From Octopus sinensis (Eukaryota): a stretch of 64,000 nucleotides of DNA. Every line of letters starts with the position of its first letter. The stretch's first letter is position 1. The DNA lies in contig NW_021832224.1 of NCBI RefSeq assembly GCF_006345805.1, forward strand, positions 420,970 through 484,969. The letters run 5' to 3'. This document shows, in pieces, positions 1 through 12,771 of the stretch. The position numbers and the translations under genes were made by a program. The notes below the pieces were generated by a model, which was not told the origin of the DNA, did not search any database, and saw nothing but the letters and a program-made list of their open reading frames with translations.

Positions 1-1555
1 TTGTTACTAGGAGGCCTCCAATTTACTATACGGTTGTTGATCGCGGTAAAATAGTTTATTTTGCATGGAATTCCTGTTACAATAAATTTTAACAATTACC
101 AAATAGCGGAATAAATGTTTGATCTAATTTCGGTGAAACTCCGTATTTATTCTTTAAAAATACATTCAGCATATAAGTTTGATTTATTTCTACGTTCAAA
201 ATTTCAAAAGAAAAATTTCCTTTTTTTAACTCAATTTTGTGCAATTCAGTTAAGTTTTTCTAAAATTAGTTTTTTTATTATACTTTTATTTTGATTTCGA
301 TTTCATATAAATTTCCTAGCGTTTTGTTTGTAAGATTAAATTCTATCTTATTCATAGTTAAGTTCATCCAAGAAATGTTCGTGAAAATTGGAAGATCAGG
401 CAAATCTAAAAATTTCAAAAAATATTTTTACAGCCAAAATCTAAAATTTTCATTTTCTTAATATTTCCGGCCATATTGTTTGCTTGGCAAGTTGCGTTAT
501 AATTTCCAGGGACTGACATTTTGATCTGCGTTTTTCCAACTTTTCTATAACCGATGGCATTTATGACCATCGAATTTTCACTATATGTCTATTTATTTAA
601 TCACAGTTATTTACATGATTATTAATTGTCAGTGATATATTTGGCAGCGGATGTCCATATGCAGAACACATTATTAAAACACTCTTATTAATAGGAAATG
701 GGTCATTTACAAATTCTACAGTTGGTATAGCTATAAAAATTATTTGATCAAATCAATACTAATTATTATAATCTTAAAATTGAAGTATTTGGTTTCAATT
801 GGAGTAAAAACTCCAATAACATAATTTCCCTGATCCATCAATTGTGGGCTTTGAAAAAAGATTCCATTTTTAAGTATTTTCATTGCAGTGGAATTGTCTT
901 ATGTTAAAAATAATTAATACTAAAACTTACAAAGTTGTGATTTCACTCCATCTATTTCTTTCATCCAAAAAGTAACTGTATGTTGGTGAAATTTTAGTTT
1001 TGGGATACAAATATAATTGTACGATATATTTGATGTCATATATACCGTCTCTGAACAATTTGGGAAAGTTATAAGAACTTCTAAGTATATTACTTTTTAT
1101 TTCTTGCTACCGTCAACATGCAATACGAATTGGATCTCGGTAACTTTATACGTTTCATTTCCATAAGAACATGAATAATTTCCGCTCATATCTGGTGTGA
1201 TTTGATTAAAATATAAATTTGCTGACAAGCCACTGGGTCCTAGCAAAGCAAAGACATTAACATTTCTTGAAATAAATCTAGGTTACTAAATTTACACTGA
1301 TGTAATTTCATTGTAATTGTGATGCCAACGAAGGAAATAAGGTGTAGGGAATGATTCTGGTATTACCGAGCATTCAATATTTTCCGAATTGCCACTTTGT
1401 GTATATATTTCTGATTTGGATAAAGATAATTGTGTTTCTAAATAAAATTAAATTGTGTTCTGATTTTAATGTAAGTTAACAAAATATGTTAATAGTAAAC
1501 AGTTTGATAAAAAACCTAAAGAAAATTCGTAGAGCAAAAATAGCAAAAATATCAT
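1..1555 (-). CDS. Ig-domain/fibronectin type III cell-surface protein, 5' part (signal peptide + 3 Ig-like + at least 2 FN3); continues beyond the window start
   Basis: Manual splicing of 9 GT-AG introns (e.g. 74-99, 1278-1295) gives one open frame: MIFLLFLLYEFSL (signal); IECSV...LRW...DMSGNYSC (Ig1); YIC...TFW...DQGNY (Ig2); CSAYGHPLPNI...ATCQANNMAG (Ig3); NQTYMLNVFLKNKYGVS (FN3); NWRPPS (next FN3). Confidence 0.8.
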
Positions 1556-2295
1556 ATAGTGATGATTAGAATTACTCATGAAAGCGAATTTTCTTTAATT
1601 ATAATAAAAAAATCATTACACGTAAATCACATTGTAATTATTAATAATCTAATAATTAGTTGAGGATCGATCATAATTATGGCACATTTAGATGTTTCAA
1701 ATTAAATCAACTTTTATAATAGAATATGCTAAAATTATTTTTAATGGACAATGTTTTATTTAGAAAACACAACCATCAACTGAAAGATTAACCATTTCTA
1801 TCTTCATTTGACGTGAACGCCTATATTAAAAATTGCATAATTTTTCTTGAAGGAAATAACATTAGCCGGAAATAATTGCCGTGCCTTGTACTCCCGGGAA
1901 GCGATTTTCTACCAAGGTCATAGGAAATAAAAATTAATATATTTTCATGTTTAAAAATTCAAAGAATATCCTTAAGTTCATTAAAATGTCAATCTAAGCG
2001 ATTTTGCAGAAATTTGATTGCCTAAATTAAAGTTTAATTTTAAATATAAAAATGATATACTTCTAAACAGAACGTAACAATAAACAGCGATCTGATTATG
2101 TTTAACTTCAATCCAAGTCATCACTAGCTAAACTAAAATGAACAGTGACTTTTAATATGTATTTTATATGTTTTGTGTCATATAAATTGATGACATATTT
2201 TATTTATCCTCTAAAATAGAATCAGATTTAAAACTCAACATAAACAAAATAATCCACATAAAAAACGTAAAGAATGCCAAAAGAACGTTGAGAAA

Positions 2296-3700
2296 TTAAT
2301 TAAGCTTTTTCTTTTTCTGAAGCCCAGCACCAGCATTAAATTTAAATAAAATGATATCCCCGTCTTCCACAACATAATCCCTTCCTCGATGGACCATTTT
2401 AGGTTCGCTTTCATCGGTATCGGAAGCTTTGATATCATCATATTTAGTAACTTCCGCCATAATAAATCCTTTTTCCATGTCTGAATGAATTCTTCCTGCA
2501 GCCTGTGGAGCTTTCGTCCCAATCTATAAAAATTTATAAACTCATTTAAACGTGAATTGTCCAACATTTGACCTCATCCTTTCCTGTAGTGAAAAAATGT
2601 TGCAATCCCATCGTTTCATAACCCTGCTTTATAATCTTTTTTAAAGCACTACAAACAGATACATCAAGTTTTTCAATATATTATAAAAAAATCTAACTTG
2701 CTTATATTGTAAGGCGAGTTATCTCGATCAGACTGTTCTTTTAATTTCTGTTCCAATGCAGCGCTGAAAGGAATCATTGGCGCTCCAGGGTCTCTTTCAT
2801 CAATGGCGTTCTTTATTTTTCTGAGCCTTAAAAAATGTTAATTCTTTAAACGAACCATTTATTTTTACCTCTAGTAAAGTCGACTTCTGATAGATTTATG
2901 AGATATATAACCGGTTTGGCAGTCAAAAATAAATGCTTGTTAATAATTTCAATCTTATATGTGAATATATGGAAACCTCTTTATAAAGCCAATTTCCAGA
3001 TCTCAGAGTTTTGCCTGACTCGAGAGTTTCTTTAAATTTCCCCAAAATTTCCTAGACTAGGAAAAATAGAACTACAAACAAATTCCATTTTGGCGGACTG
3101 ACTATTTCCCCTCATTGGCTTATCAAGAACACTCATTCCCTTTTCAATAGTCTGCAAATCTTTTTGCATGAGTTCCTCCGAAATAATCGCCAAATCTCTA
3201 ATTGGATCAATGTCTCCTTCAGTATGAGAAATCTCTCGTCTTCAAAAACTCCTAAAAAATTATAAGAAATAGACAGACTGATCATTTGGAAAATTCCATC
3301 ACAGGCCCGAATGTGCGAAAGGAAGGCGTTTCCCAGTCCTTCCCCCTCGTGAGCTCCTCGCACCAGACCAGCAATATCGGTAACCTTCAAATAAGCAGGG
3401 ACCGAACTAAAAAATAAAAACAAGTAATTTTTCCTATGGGGTTTAAAATGGTCACATAGCCAGTCAAATCGCTCGTCTGGGACAGATACCCGTCCTTCAG
3501 TTGGATCAATAGTACAAAAAGGATAATTCTCGGACGGGACATTGTTGTGAGTGAGCACGTTAAAAAAAGAGGACTTTCTAAAAAAATGATTTATATTTTG
3601 ATCACCCAACGTTTGGTAGACCAACAACTCCCATTTTTAAGCTATGGCCTACCCTACCCAAATATACAATTTTTTCAGGTTCTTTCTTTTTTGGAGGCAT
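2296..3700 (-). CDS. OLA1: Obg-like ATPase 1 (YchF/OLA1), 8 tiny introns
   Basis: MPPKKKE...[80 protein letters not shown]. Introns of 23-49 nt restore the frame. One 1-nt deletion near 3235. Confidence 0.97.
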
Positions 3701-3802
3701 TTTAGTTAGAAATCAACAAGAATAACCACGATACTTTAATTAATTAAACATTTAAATTTAAATTTCCCAATTTCTTATAATTTATAATAATAAGAGAGCT
3801 GG

Positions 3803-6800
3803 TTTCTGGTTGAGTTAGTGACGCAACTCTATTGCACAAAGTCTTAATCACATATGAGGCTACAAAGAGATTTTACTTTGCTATCATCAATGTCAGAGGA
3901 CTATCTGACCTATCCAAGCGAAAAATCCTATGCCGGGATCTGAATGCATATGGTGCAACTATCGGATGCTTTCAAGAAACGAAGGTCAAGGCGGGCTAGA
4001 TGAGATACACAACGAGTATCGAATCATTCTCCTTCCATCAGAATCACGTCATTATGGGCAGGGGTTTGGCATTCATAAGACCTTTTGGAATTCAATTCAC
4101 AAATACTACCGTGTGAACGACCGCATATGTGTACTACAACTGAGACAAAAAACTTTGACCAACACGGATCGAATAATCAGCATTATAAATGTCTACGCCC
4201 CACAAAGTGGAAGACTGAAGAAGAACATGGATGAACTAGACTCTTTCTATCACATGCTATCAAAGACCTACACGAGTATAAAAACATCCTTCCTTATACT
4301 AATTGCCGGTGATTGGAATGCTAAGGCAGGCAAAGGCCGTGGTGAAGAAGTGTTCATGGGCAGACATGGACGGGGGATAAGAAATGCACCAGGTGAAATG
4401 CTTGTGAACTTCTGCAGCATATTCAAGCTACTGCTATGCAATACGGTCTTTCCTCATGCGGCACGTCATAAAACCACGTGGACCGGGACTAGAAGAAACA
4501 AAAATGGGGAGTACGTCAACATCTATAATCAAATCGATTATATCATCTGTAGACAAGAAGAAAAACATCGATTGCTGGATGCCAGGTCATATGGCGGGGC
4601 ACTTACACTGAGCGATCACAAAGCATTGTGGCACGATTGAGACTGAAAAGAATTTTTGGATCGCCTCTTTCAAAGAAAATGAATCAAACCGAATTAGATA
4701 CTCAGTGGAAAAACTGATTACATCAGATGTTACCAAGGAAAAATACTCCCAGGCAATCATCGAAAACCTAAAAGTAACAGAAACGGTAAAAGACCCAAAC
4801 AAAAGCTGGGATTATTAGAAAAACTTATTCACAAAGCTGCAACGGAAACCATTGGAACGACTGCATTCAGAAACCACTCAAACCCATTGAATCCAAATGT
4901 TGCCGAAATGGCAACAAAACAAAAAGCCATCCAACTGAAAATTGAAAACACCAACGACAAGGAGGCAAAGGAAAAACTCAAAAGAGAACGTAGGAAAATA
5001 TCGAGAACAATCAAGAAGGAAAATCTTAAATACGTGAAAGCTTTATTAAACTCTCGAATATCAGAAGTTGAAGACTTAAAGGATGGTGCGCAAATGTACG
5101 CAGCCATCAGACTACTACGCCGACGACAACAGAAAACAAAACTGGTTGTGCACGATGAACATGGGAAAACAATTGGAAACCCAATCGAAATGGTAAATAC
5201 AATCGCCGACCACTTCGAAATACTATTCAATGGCAGGGCCGATGCTCTCGATGAGGGTGAAGAACGTTATCTAAACAACAAAATAACACACCTTGAAGTT
5301 TTGAAGGCTATAAAAAAATTAAAAAACAACCGTGCGGCGGGTCCAGACAACATCAACGGTGAATTGATAAAGTACTCCCCAATGGAGATCTCAACTATAA
5401 TCACAAATCTCCTGAACGAGATGTTCCATGGAAATACCATACCGCCTATTGGGAAAGGAACGCTAATTCCTCTCCAAAAACCCAACAAGCCGCAAGGTCC
5501 TCTTAACAACATTCGCCCAATCATACTCTTGAACACAATAAGGAAAATCTTCTCGCTCGTAACACTGGAACGTATTAAGGACCCTGTTAATGAATATCTG
5601 TCGGCTAGCCAAAGTGGATTCAGGCCTGGGCGATCAACTGCAGATGTAGTATGGGGACATAGATGGATCTGTGCCATATCTCAGAAATTTAAAATGGCGA
5701 CCACAATATTGGGCATTGATATGAGCAGGGCATTTGATACAATCCGCAGAGACAAGCTAATGGAGATCCTCAAAACTATTCTTGACAATGACTCGATCAG
5801 AATGGTTCGCGAGCACTACTTATAGACACCGAGTTAACGGTGAAGATCGGACCCGTACAATCAAGATCTTTCAAAACAAGCATTGGAACGCCCCAAGGTG
5901 ATTCAATATCACCTGTACTATTCATTGTCTATCTTGAAGCGGCACTAAGAGATCTGAGAAAACTAGTGAAGACTACTTCAATAACTGAAGTGATATATGC
6001 CGACGATGTAGACTTTTTGTCTCATGATAAGTCGACACTCGAAGAACTGCTGAACATTGCTCCCCAGGCACTGGAAAAATGGTTCTTAAAAGTGAACATA
6101 GAAAAAACCGAATATGTAACAATCAACCGGGAGGCAAATAGAACAGACGAAAAATGGCGAAACTCGAAAAAAGTTGGACTCTTTTAGGAGATAGTGAAGA
6201 CATTATGAGGAGAAAGATGCTATCGACTGTTGCACTTAACAAACTGCGGACCACTTGGCTACGAAACCGCGAGGTTGGAACGGCCTTACGTGCCAAATTA
6301 TACAATGCTTTTATTAAACCCATACTTTTGTACAACGGAGGAACATGGGGAATATCTGAGTCTGAATCAAAATCTCTTGATGCATTCCATAGAAGACAGT
6401 TAAGAATTCTTATTGGCATCAACTGGCCAAAGAAAATCAAGAACTCCACCCTATACAATATCTGCAACAGCAGACCCGTCAGTGTGGACATTACCGAAGC
6501 ACGTTGGCGCCTATTGGGCCACATTCTAAGACTCGACCAGGATGTTTATGCTAACTGGGCAATGGAATCATATTACGCAAAGGACGAAAGATCTGCGTCC
6601 CGAGGACGCCCACGAAATACATTACCTATTGTAATCTCAAAAGAACTACAACGCGTTAAAAGACAACTGAAAAATGGAGACGACCTAGATACTCTCAGGA
6701 GTATAGCATACAACCGCACATCATGGAAAATTATGACCGAAAAGATAGTCTCATATGTGGCACATGTGGGAACTTAATTAGTTTAAATTACATTATGTTC

Positions 6801-6820
6801 CTATGACAGTGCTAATAATA
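3803..6820 (+). mobile_element. Full-length RTE-clade non-LTR retrotransposon (APE + RT)
   Basis: APE motifs NVRGL, QET, NVYAP, GDWNAK, IDY, SDH; RT motifs AAGPD, QSGFR, DMSRAFD, PQGDSISP, YADD. (TAA)n 3' tail. 19-bp TSD ataataataagagagctgg at 3784-3802 and 6821-6839. The ORF is broken only by several 1-nt shifts. Confidence 0.95.
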
Positions 6821-6959
6821 ATAATAATAAGAGAGCTGGCAACCTACCATGTATCTAAGTGTCAAGAAAATCTTATAAGCAAATTCGTCACAAAATCACT
6901 GAAAAACATCAAATCTCAATTTTTCATCACACAGAATCGCCCAAATTTGCAACGTTGAA

Positions 6960-8240
6960 CTTAAGAGTCTAAAGCAAAGGAAAAATAAAAGTCGTAAAAA
7001 GGGAAAGGAGAAGGCTTGATATTGACATGCTTGGAATAAGTGAACTTCATTGGATTGACAGTGGTTTTTATCGTTTTGATGATTTTATCATATATTATTC
7101 TGGTAACGATAATGTGAAGTAAGATAGAGTGGCCTTTATTATTTCAAAAAAAATTTCACCTGAAAGTCATAGAATATTTAATGATCGGATAATAATAATT
7201 TTGCCAAGGATAACAAAATTGACCAATTCTATTATGAATTCCAAGAAGCACTAAAACTGATACCTAAAAAGGAGATAATCTACATATTTGTGAATTTCAA
7301 GTAAAAAGTAGGGGCTGCCATATACGGATATTGTGGGAAGTTATTGTCTGGGGGAAAAATGATGATGGGAACCGTCTGGTCTAATTTTGTTTGAAAAATA
7401 GATTTCAAATAACTAATAAATGGTTCCAGCAGCACAAACGAAGATTATATACTTGGTCTTCAACTAAGAATCTAATTGATTATATTTTGCGTACAAAACA
7501 TGGAAAAGCTCTATAGCAGCTGTCAAGACATATCCTAAAGCAGACTGTGGAACAGATCATCAGCTAGTTGTTGCATGAATTAGAACAAAATTCTGTAACA
7601 TTTTCTGAGTAAGTAAATTCGATGTCTCAAACATATTATCGGAATATGCCACGAAAATTGAACACAATATTGGATTCCTGGATTTGAACGGAAAAATACC
7701 AGATGAAATGTATGACGATATGCAGTTGGTTATCAGGACTGCTGCAATAAAATATATCAAATACAAAGTCTCACCCAAGAGCTCTGAGTGGCTTTCTGTC
7801 AACACCCTACACATTGCTGAAGCTCGTAAAGCTGCTAAAGTTTCTAGGAATAAAGACAAGACAAAAACTTAACTCTGAATTCTAAATGGCTGCCAAGAAT
7901 AAAGCAAAAAAACTAAGATGACTATAAGAAAAGTCACACTAGAAATGCGTATTTACAAATAAAAAGATTATGTACTTCCTTTACAAAAATGACGAGGAAA
8001 ACCAACGACAAGTATGGTGTAGTATTCGCTGAAAAGAATACGCGAAAGGTCTATATTCCAAAACTGTGTGCCCACCTATATATGTTGATAAAGGGCATAA
8101 AATCCTTGAGAAGGAATGCGTGTGGACAACACGGAAAAAAAGCATCGGGAATTAAAAACATCTCAAGCGAATTGCTGAAGGAAATACCGGTAACAGGGAT
8201 CGCCAGTCTATTTCAAAAATTTGGAAAACTGGTATTAGGT
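6960..8240 (+). mobile_element. Degraded RTE-like element (endonuclease and linker region)
   Basis: IDMLGISELHWIDSG, IDYIL, ADCGTDHQLVV and ASGIKNISSELLK-like motifs with many stops. Confidence 0.7.
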
Positions 8241-8388
8241 TAAAGAAATTTACTTTCATTAATGGGCGGCTATATTTTTAAGACTCAGGTAGAAACCAAA
8301 AAATTGTCATTTCTGTAGACAATCATGAGGAAATGCAACTAATGGCTATGCAAATTCATCAACCAACTCATTGCGAAGACAACACGTT

Positions 8389-8845
8389 ATTATTATTATT
8401 AGAACCAAGATCACCGTCCAAAACATAGAACTAATTAATCAGGTGATCCCGGCTTCTCTGAGGAGGGTCCTCATCTTTGCCTGGTACTGCTCCCTAGTCC
8501 CGACACAATTTCTATAAGGGCGCGGTGGTGAAGTTTTAGGGCCTGTAGGCCCATGGTTCCTTCCCAAGATTTCTTTAAATGAGGCGATGGATAGATGTTC
8601 ATTCGGTCCTTGTAGTGCTTTCCGAAATCTTTCTTGAGTTTTTCGATTTTTTCACGGTTCGTTTGAGTGATAAACCCTCCCCACGCCTCACAAGCATAAC
8701 TAATGGGGTGTTCGATGTATTGCCGGTAGATTGATTGGCGTGTGGGGAATTCATACGTTTGGAATGGATTTGATGAAGAAATATGCAAAAAATTGTCGTT
8801 AAGTTTTAGAAAAAGAACATTGGACGTTTGTCGTGCCAAGGGAAA
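8389..8845 (-). mobile_element. 5'-truncated non-LTR retrotransposon 3' fragment
   Basis: HPISYACEAW (RT C-terminal RP.L.YA..AW-type motif). (TAA)n tail on the minus strand at 8389-8401. Confidence 0.55.
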
Positions 8846-8957
8846 ATATATTAACTATTAATTCAATGGTTTTTATTGTTGGGTTTTGATATATTACTTT
8901 TTGCTGTTACAAAATTTCAAGTAATTACCTAAAATTATGCATTTTTAAAGATTTTTA

Positions 8958-9062
8958 AAATCAAAGCTAAAGCCATTGTTAAGGATTATCCGCAAGAATT
9001 TATGATTGTATCAAATCAAAGCTAAAGCCATTGTTAAGGATTATCCGCAAGAATTTATGATT
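8958..9062. repeat. 50-bp direct duplication
   Basis: aaatcaaagctaaagccattgttaaggattatccgcaagaatttatgatt at 8958-9007 and 9013-9062. Confidence 0.9.
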
Positions 9063-9334
9063 CTTGAGGATGGTGTATTATATTGTCGTCTCTGTTTGTG
9101 TAATATTAAATGCGAAAAAAGGCATTTTGTAAATTCTCATCGATCCTCACAGAAACATAAAAATTCATTGAGCTTATTCGAAATAAAAATTATTTTTTGT
9201 AGATTATCTGACCATATCACACCAAACAAATATTTACCAATATGCCAAAAATGATGATTGGGCTCTACAAGTAACCAGAGCATTCATTAAATCCGATATT
9301 CCGCTAAACAAACTATCTATGCCATGGCTTAGAG

Positions 9335-11488
9335 CAGGGGTCACCAAACTTTTTGCACTCGCGGGCCGGATTGACCCCAACACAATGAACGCGGGCCGGA
9401 GCACGTGCATAGGATTATAATTTTACTAGAAATTCATAAGTGTGTTTTTTACAATAAAAACTAATTTAAACAAAAATAAAGTAAACAAAAATTTTAATGA
9501 GAGCTATGGAACTGTGATCTTTTTTGATAAGTTCATCAATATTTGGTTTTAAATTGCTGCATCCTATCATGAGAATTGATTTTAAGTGTCCGTCAGTCAA
9601 TCTTGCACGATGGGCAGACTTAACATATTTCATCCTCGAAAACGTTTGCTCACATTGGTAAGTTGTGCCAAATATAGAAATCATCTTTATCGCAAAATTC
9701 TTTAGTCTCGGAAACTCATCATCCTTGAGATATTCGTAGAACTCAGCGAGTTTGGTCCGTCTGTGACAATCTTTGAGCTGTTCATTTGATTGTAAGTCAA
9801 TAACTTCTAATTGTAATTCATGTTGAACATTTTCAACATTACAAGAAAATGGATTTTCGAACAAAATTATATCGATTTCAATTTTGTCAAGTTCAGAAAA
9901 CTTATGTAAAAAATGATGTTTTAATTCTTTGATAATTCCAATTTGGAAAGTAATGTCGATCTCATTACAGTTTGCCTCACAAAAACTTTTAAAACAAGAA
10001 AAGTGTGAAAACTGACGTACTCCAAGTTGTGACTCGAATAACATCAATTTTTGTCGAAATGCTTTAATTATCCTGTAGAAATCACAAATTAAGTTTTCCT
10101 TTCCTTGTAATTTCAGATTTAGCTCATTCATGTGAGTTGTAACATCAACCAAAAATGATAATTTTGATAGCCAAGCAAGATCTGATAATTCGGGATAATA
10201 GTTATTTTTACTGGTTAGAAAAATATCAATCTCACTTCGGAGTTTATAAAATCTATTTAATACATTACCACAGCTAAGCCATCTAACTGCAGTGTAATAT
10301 GGTAAGTCAAAATATTCAGATCCAAAATCGTCAAGTAAAACTTTAAACTGACGGTGATTAAGTGAGCTCCCTCGAACAAAGTTTATTATGCGAATAACTG
10401 GATTCAACACACATGAAATATTAAGAGCCTTCGCACATAGTGCGTGCTGATGAAGGATGCAATGAATGAACAAAGTGTTTGAAATATGTAATTCCTCCAA
10501 TTTATTAGTTATTTGCCCAACTAGACCCTTTTTAGAACCAGCCATATTCTTTGCCCCGTCAATCGTAACACAACTCAGTTTCTCTCCATTCAAGGTTATA
10601 GTCACTTATAGTTTGTTCCAATTCATCAAAAATATCTTTTCCAGTGGTTGTTCCATGAATAGAACAAACAGATGCCAGTTCTTCAGTTATGGAAATATTC
10701 TCATCAACTCCACGAATAAAAATAAGAAGTTGCGATGTTCCCGAAATGTCAACTGACTCATCCAATGCAAGAGAATACCACAACATATTACTTGTCTTTT
10801 CACAAATTTGTAAATATATATTTTTTCCAAGCTCTTCAGTTCTCCGTGATACAGAACTCGCCGACAAACTTATTCCATCAAATAAGGAAGAATTTAGTGG
10901 GCACAAACAATTAACTGCTTCAATAATGCAATTTTTGATATACATCCCATCACTAAAGGGTTTCCCGTGTTGTGAAATAATTTTCGTTATCTCGTATCCA
11001 GCTCTTGTTACATTTTCATTATTTTCAAAATTTTTTTTATAAGGCCTTGTTGAATTTGTAAAGTGCGTTTCAGTGATTCAACTTTATCCTCACGTAGCTT
11101 TCCAGTGTACTTGGAATATATCGGAGCATGATTCGTTTCATAATGACGTCGAATGTTATACTCCTTCATAACAGAGAGATGTTCGTGGCATATTAAACAA
11201 TAAGCTTTCTGCTTTAATTCATCTTTCGCAAAAAAATACTTCAATTCCCATAATTTATTGAATACACGGCATTCGCGGTCAACCTTTCTTTTCATATTAG
11301 ACATAGCAACAAAGAAAAATTTAACGTTAATGCTGATAAGTTTTTTTTCGAATTAAATCTTGCAAAATAGTTTAATTTTTTAATTAAAGTTTTTATTTAA
11401 GTTAATTATTAAGGTATTAATTGAATATCTCGAAATAGTGCGCGGGCCGGATAAAATGTTGTCGCGGGCCGTAGTTTGGTGACGTCTG
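9335..11488 (-). mobile_element. Near-intact Buster-type hAT transposon (GTF2IRD2/SPIN/OC1-like transposase)
   Basis: TIRs caggggtcaccaaact / cagacgtcaccaaact; 8-bp TSD gcttagag (9327-9334, 11489-11496). Transposase in 3 pieces (11304-11008, 10945-10559, 10605-9466) with YSLALDES, TIDGA, HCILHQ, RWLS, FGTTYQCEQTFS. Confidence 0.95.
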
Positions 11489-12771
11489 GCTTAGAGAATT
11501 GTTTTAAGGAGGTTATGTGCGAGTGCCCTCACCATCGAAGGCTAGAAGCTGTGTCAATCAAATCATAATTGATAAAAAATAGATAATTCAACAAAAAATT
11601 GTGTATAAAAATTTACTTTATTTCGTAGCGATCAAAAGGTTTTTGCTATTGCGGATGAAACAAAAATTCGTGGCCAAAGATACGTTGCTGTGATAATTGG
11701 ATCGTTGAATTCTCCTGAAACAACATATCTGATATCGTTTAAGCCGGTAGAATCTGCTCCTAACAAGAACATCATTGCTCAAATAGTCGACGATGTACTT
11801 CGGAATAATTTGGTTCAAAGGGAAAATTTCCTTTTGTTAATTTCGGATGCCGCAAATTATGTGAAATCAGGTAAAATTTTATGTTTAAGTTTTAGCTGGC
11901 AAAATACTTAAAAATCTGTACCCCAAGTTATTCCATGTCACATGTACTGTTCATCTATTACACAATTGTTGTGAGAAAATAAAAGCCTCCTATCCGGAAA
12001 TTGATTTGATGATTGCTACTGTACAAGCAGCAATTAACAAGAACAATACAAGAAAACGAATATTTAAAGACAGAAACATCGCCATTCCACCTCGTGTGCA
12101 TTTGACAAGATGGGGGAGTTGGCTTAAGGCCGCTACTTACTATTCAGAAAATCTGATCGGAGTACAAAATATTTTCGAATCATTCGCGATGATGGATATC
12201 TAGTTCGAACAGCCAAAGAAAGTCTTCGAAACCATGTATTAGTGAGCAGTCTATGTGACCTTATCCGAAGCTATTCAAACATTCCAGGTTTTCGAGTAAA
12301 TGTCGCTATTGCAGATATTATTACGAAATTTGAAAGTACGCGCTTCACAATTGAACAGGCATATTATTGTTTAGAATCGTTGGAATTTGGGAATGACAAC
12401 AAATTTATCAAAGCATACATAATTAAAAGGCTTAAAACAAACGATATTTCGAACATAATTAGAATGACTAATTCACAAATATCTCCTGCCGAGTATGCAT
12501 TACTTCTGAATTGTCAGCCGACCTCGTGCTCGGTTGAAAGAACTTTCTCTCTAATAAAGAGTTTTCTAAGATCCAACCGAAATTTTCTACAAGAAAATTT
12601 AGAAAATTATGTAATTTGTATGTGCAACAAACAGTTTTAGTGTTTTTATTGTTTATTTATAAAGTTAAATTTTTGGGTTAATTTTTTTAGTTTTTAGGTT
12701 AATAAAGTTAAAGTTTTTAGGTTAAAATTTTTATTTTTCAGGTTAAAAAAAAATCGCCCTACTCATTAGAG

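Larger units (their letters stand above)
8900..12761 (+). mobile_element. hAT-like transposon with CGGBP1-like Zn finger, split by a nested Buster hAT
   Basis: LYCRLC...HRSSQKH Zn finger (9006-9254). The reading resumes after 11496 (DETK, VTCTVHLLHNC, TRWGSW, PTSCSVERTFS). The right end ...gcccta lies at about 12761; the left end was not identified. Confidence 0.65.

Noticed and set aside
2235-2567. Overlapping or antisense ORFs in the track (e.g. 2235-2567, 4829-5230, 5267-5677, 22380-22673, 45445-45837)
   Set aside because: They are shadow frames of real genes or TE ORFs with no independent motifs.
2296-3700. OLA1, LDH and the aGPCR as pseudogenes, or as programmed-frameshift or RNA-editing cases
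   Set aside because: Motifs and splice sites are intact, and the shifts are isolated 1-nt deletions matching an assembly error pattern.
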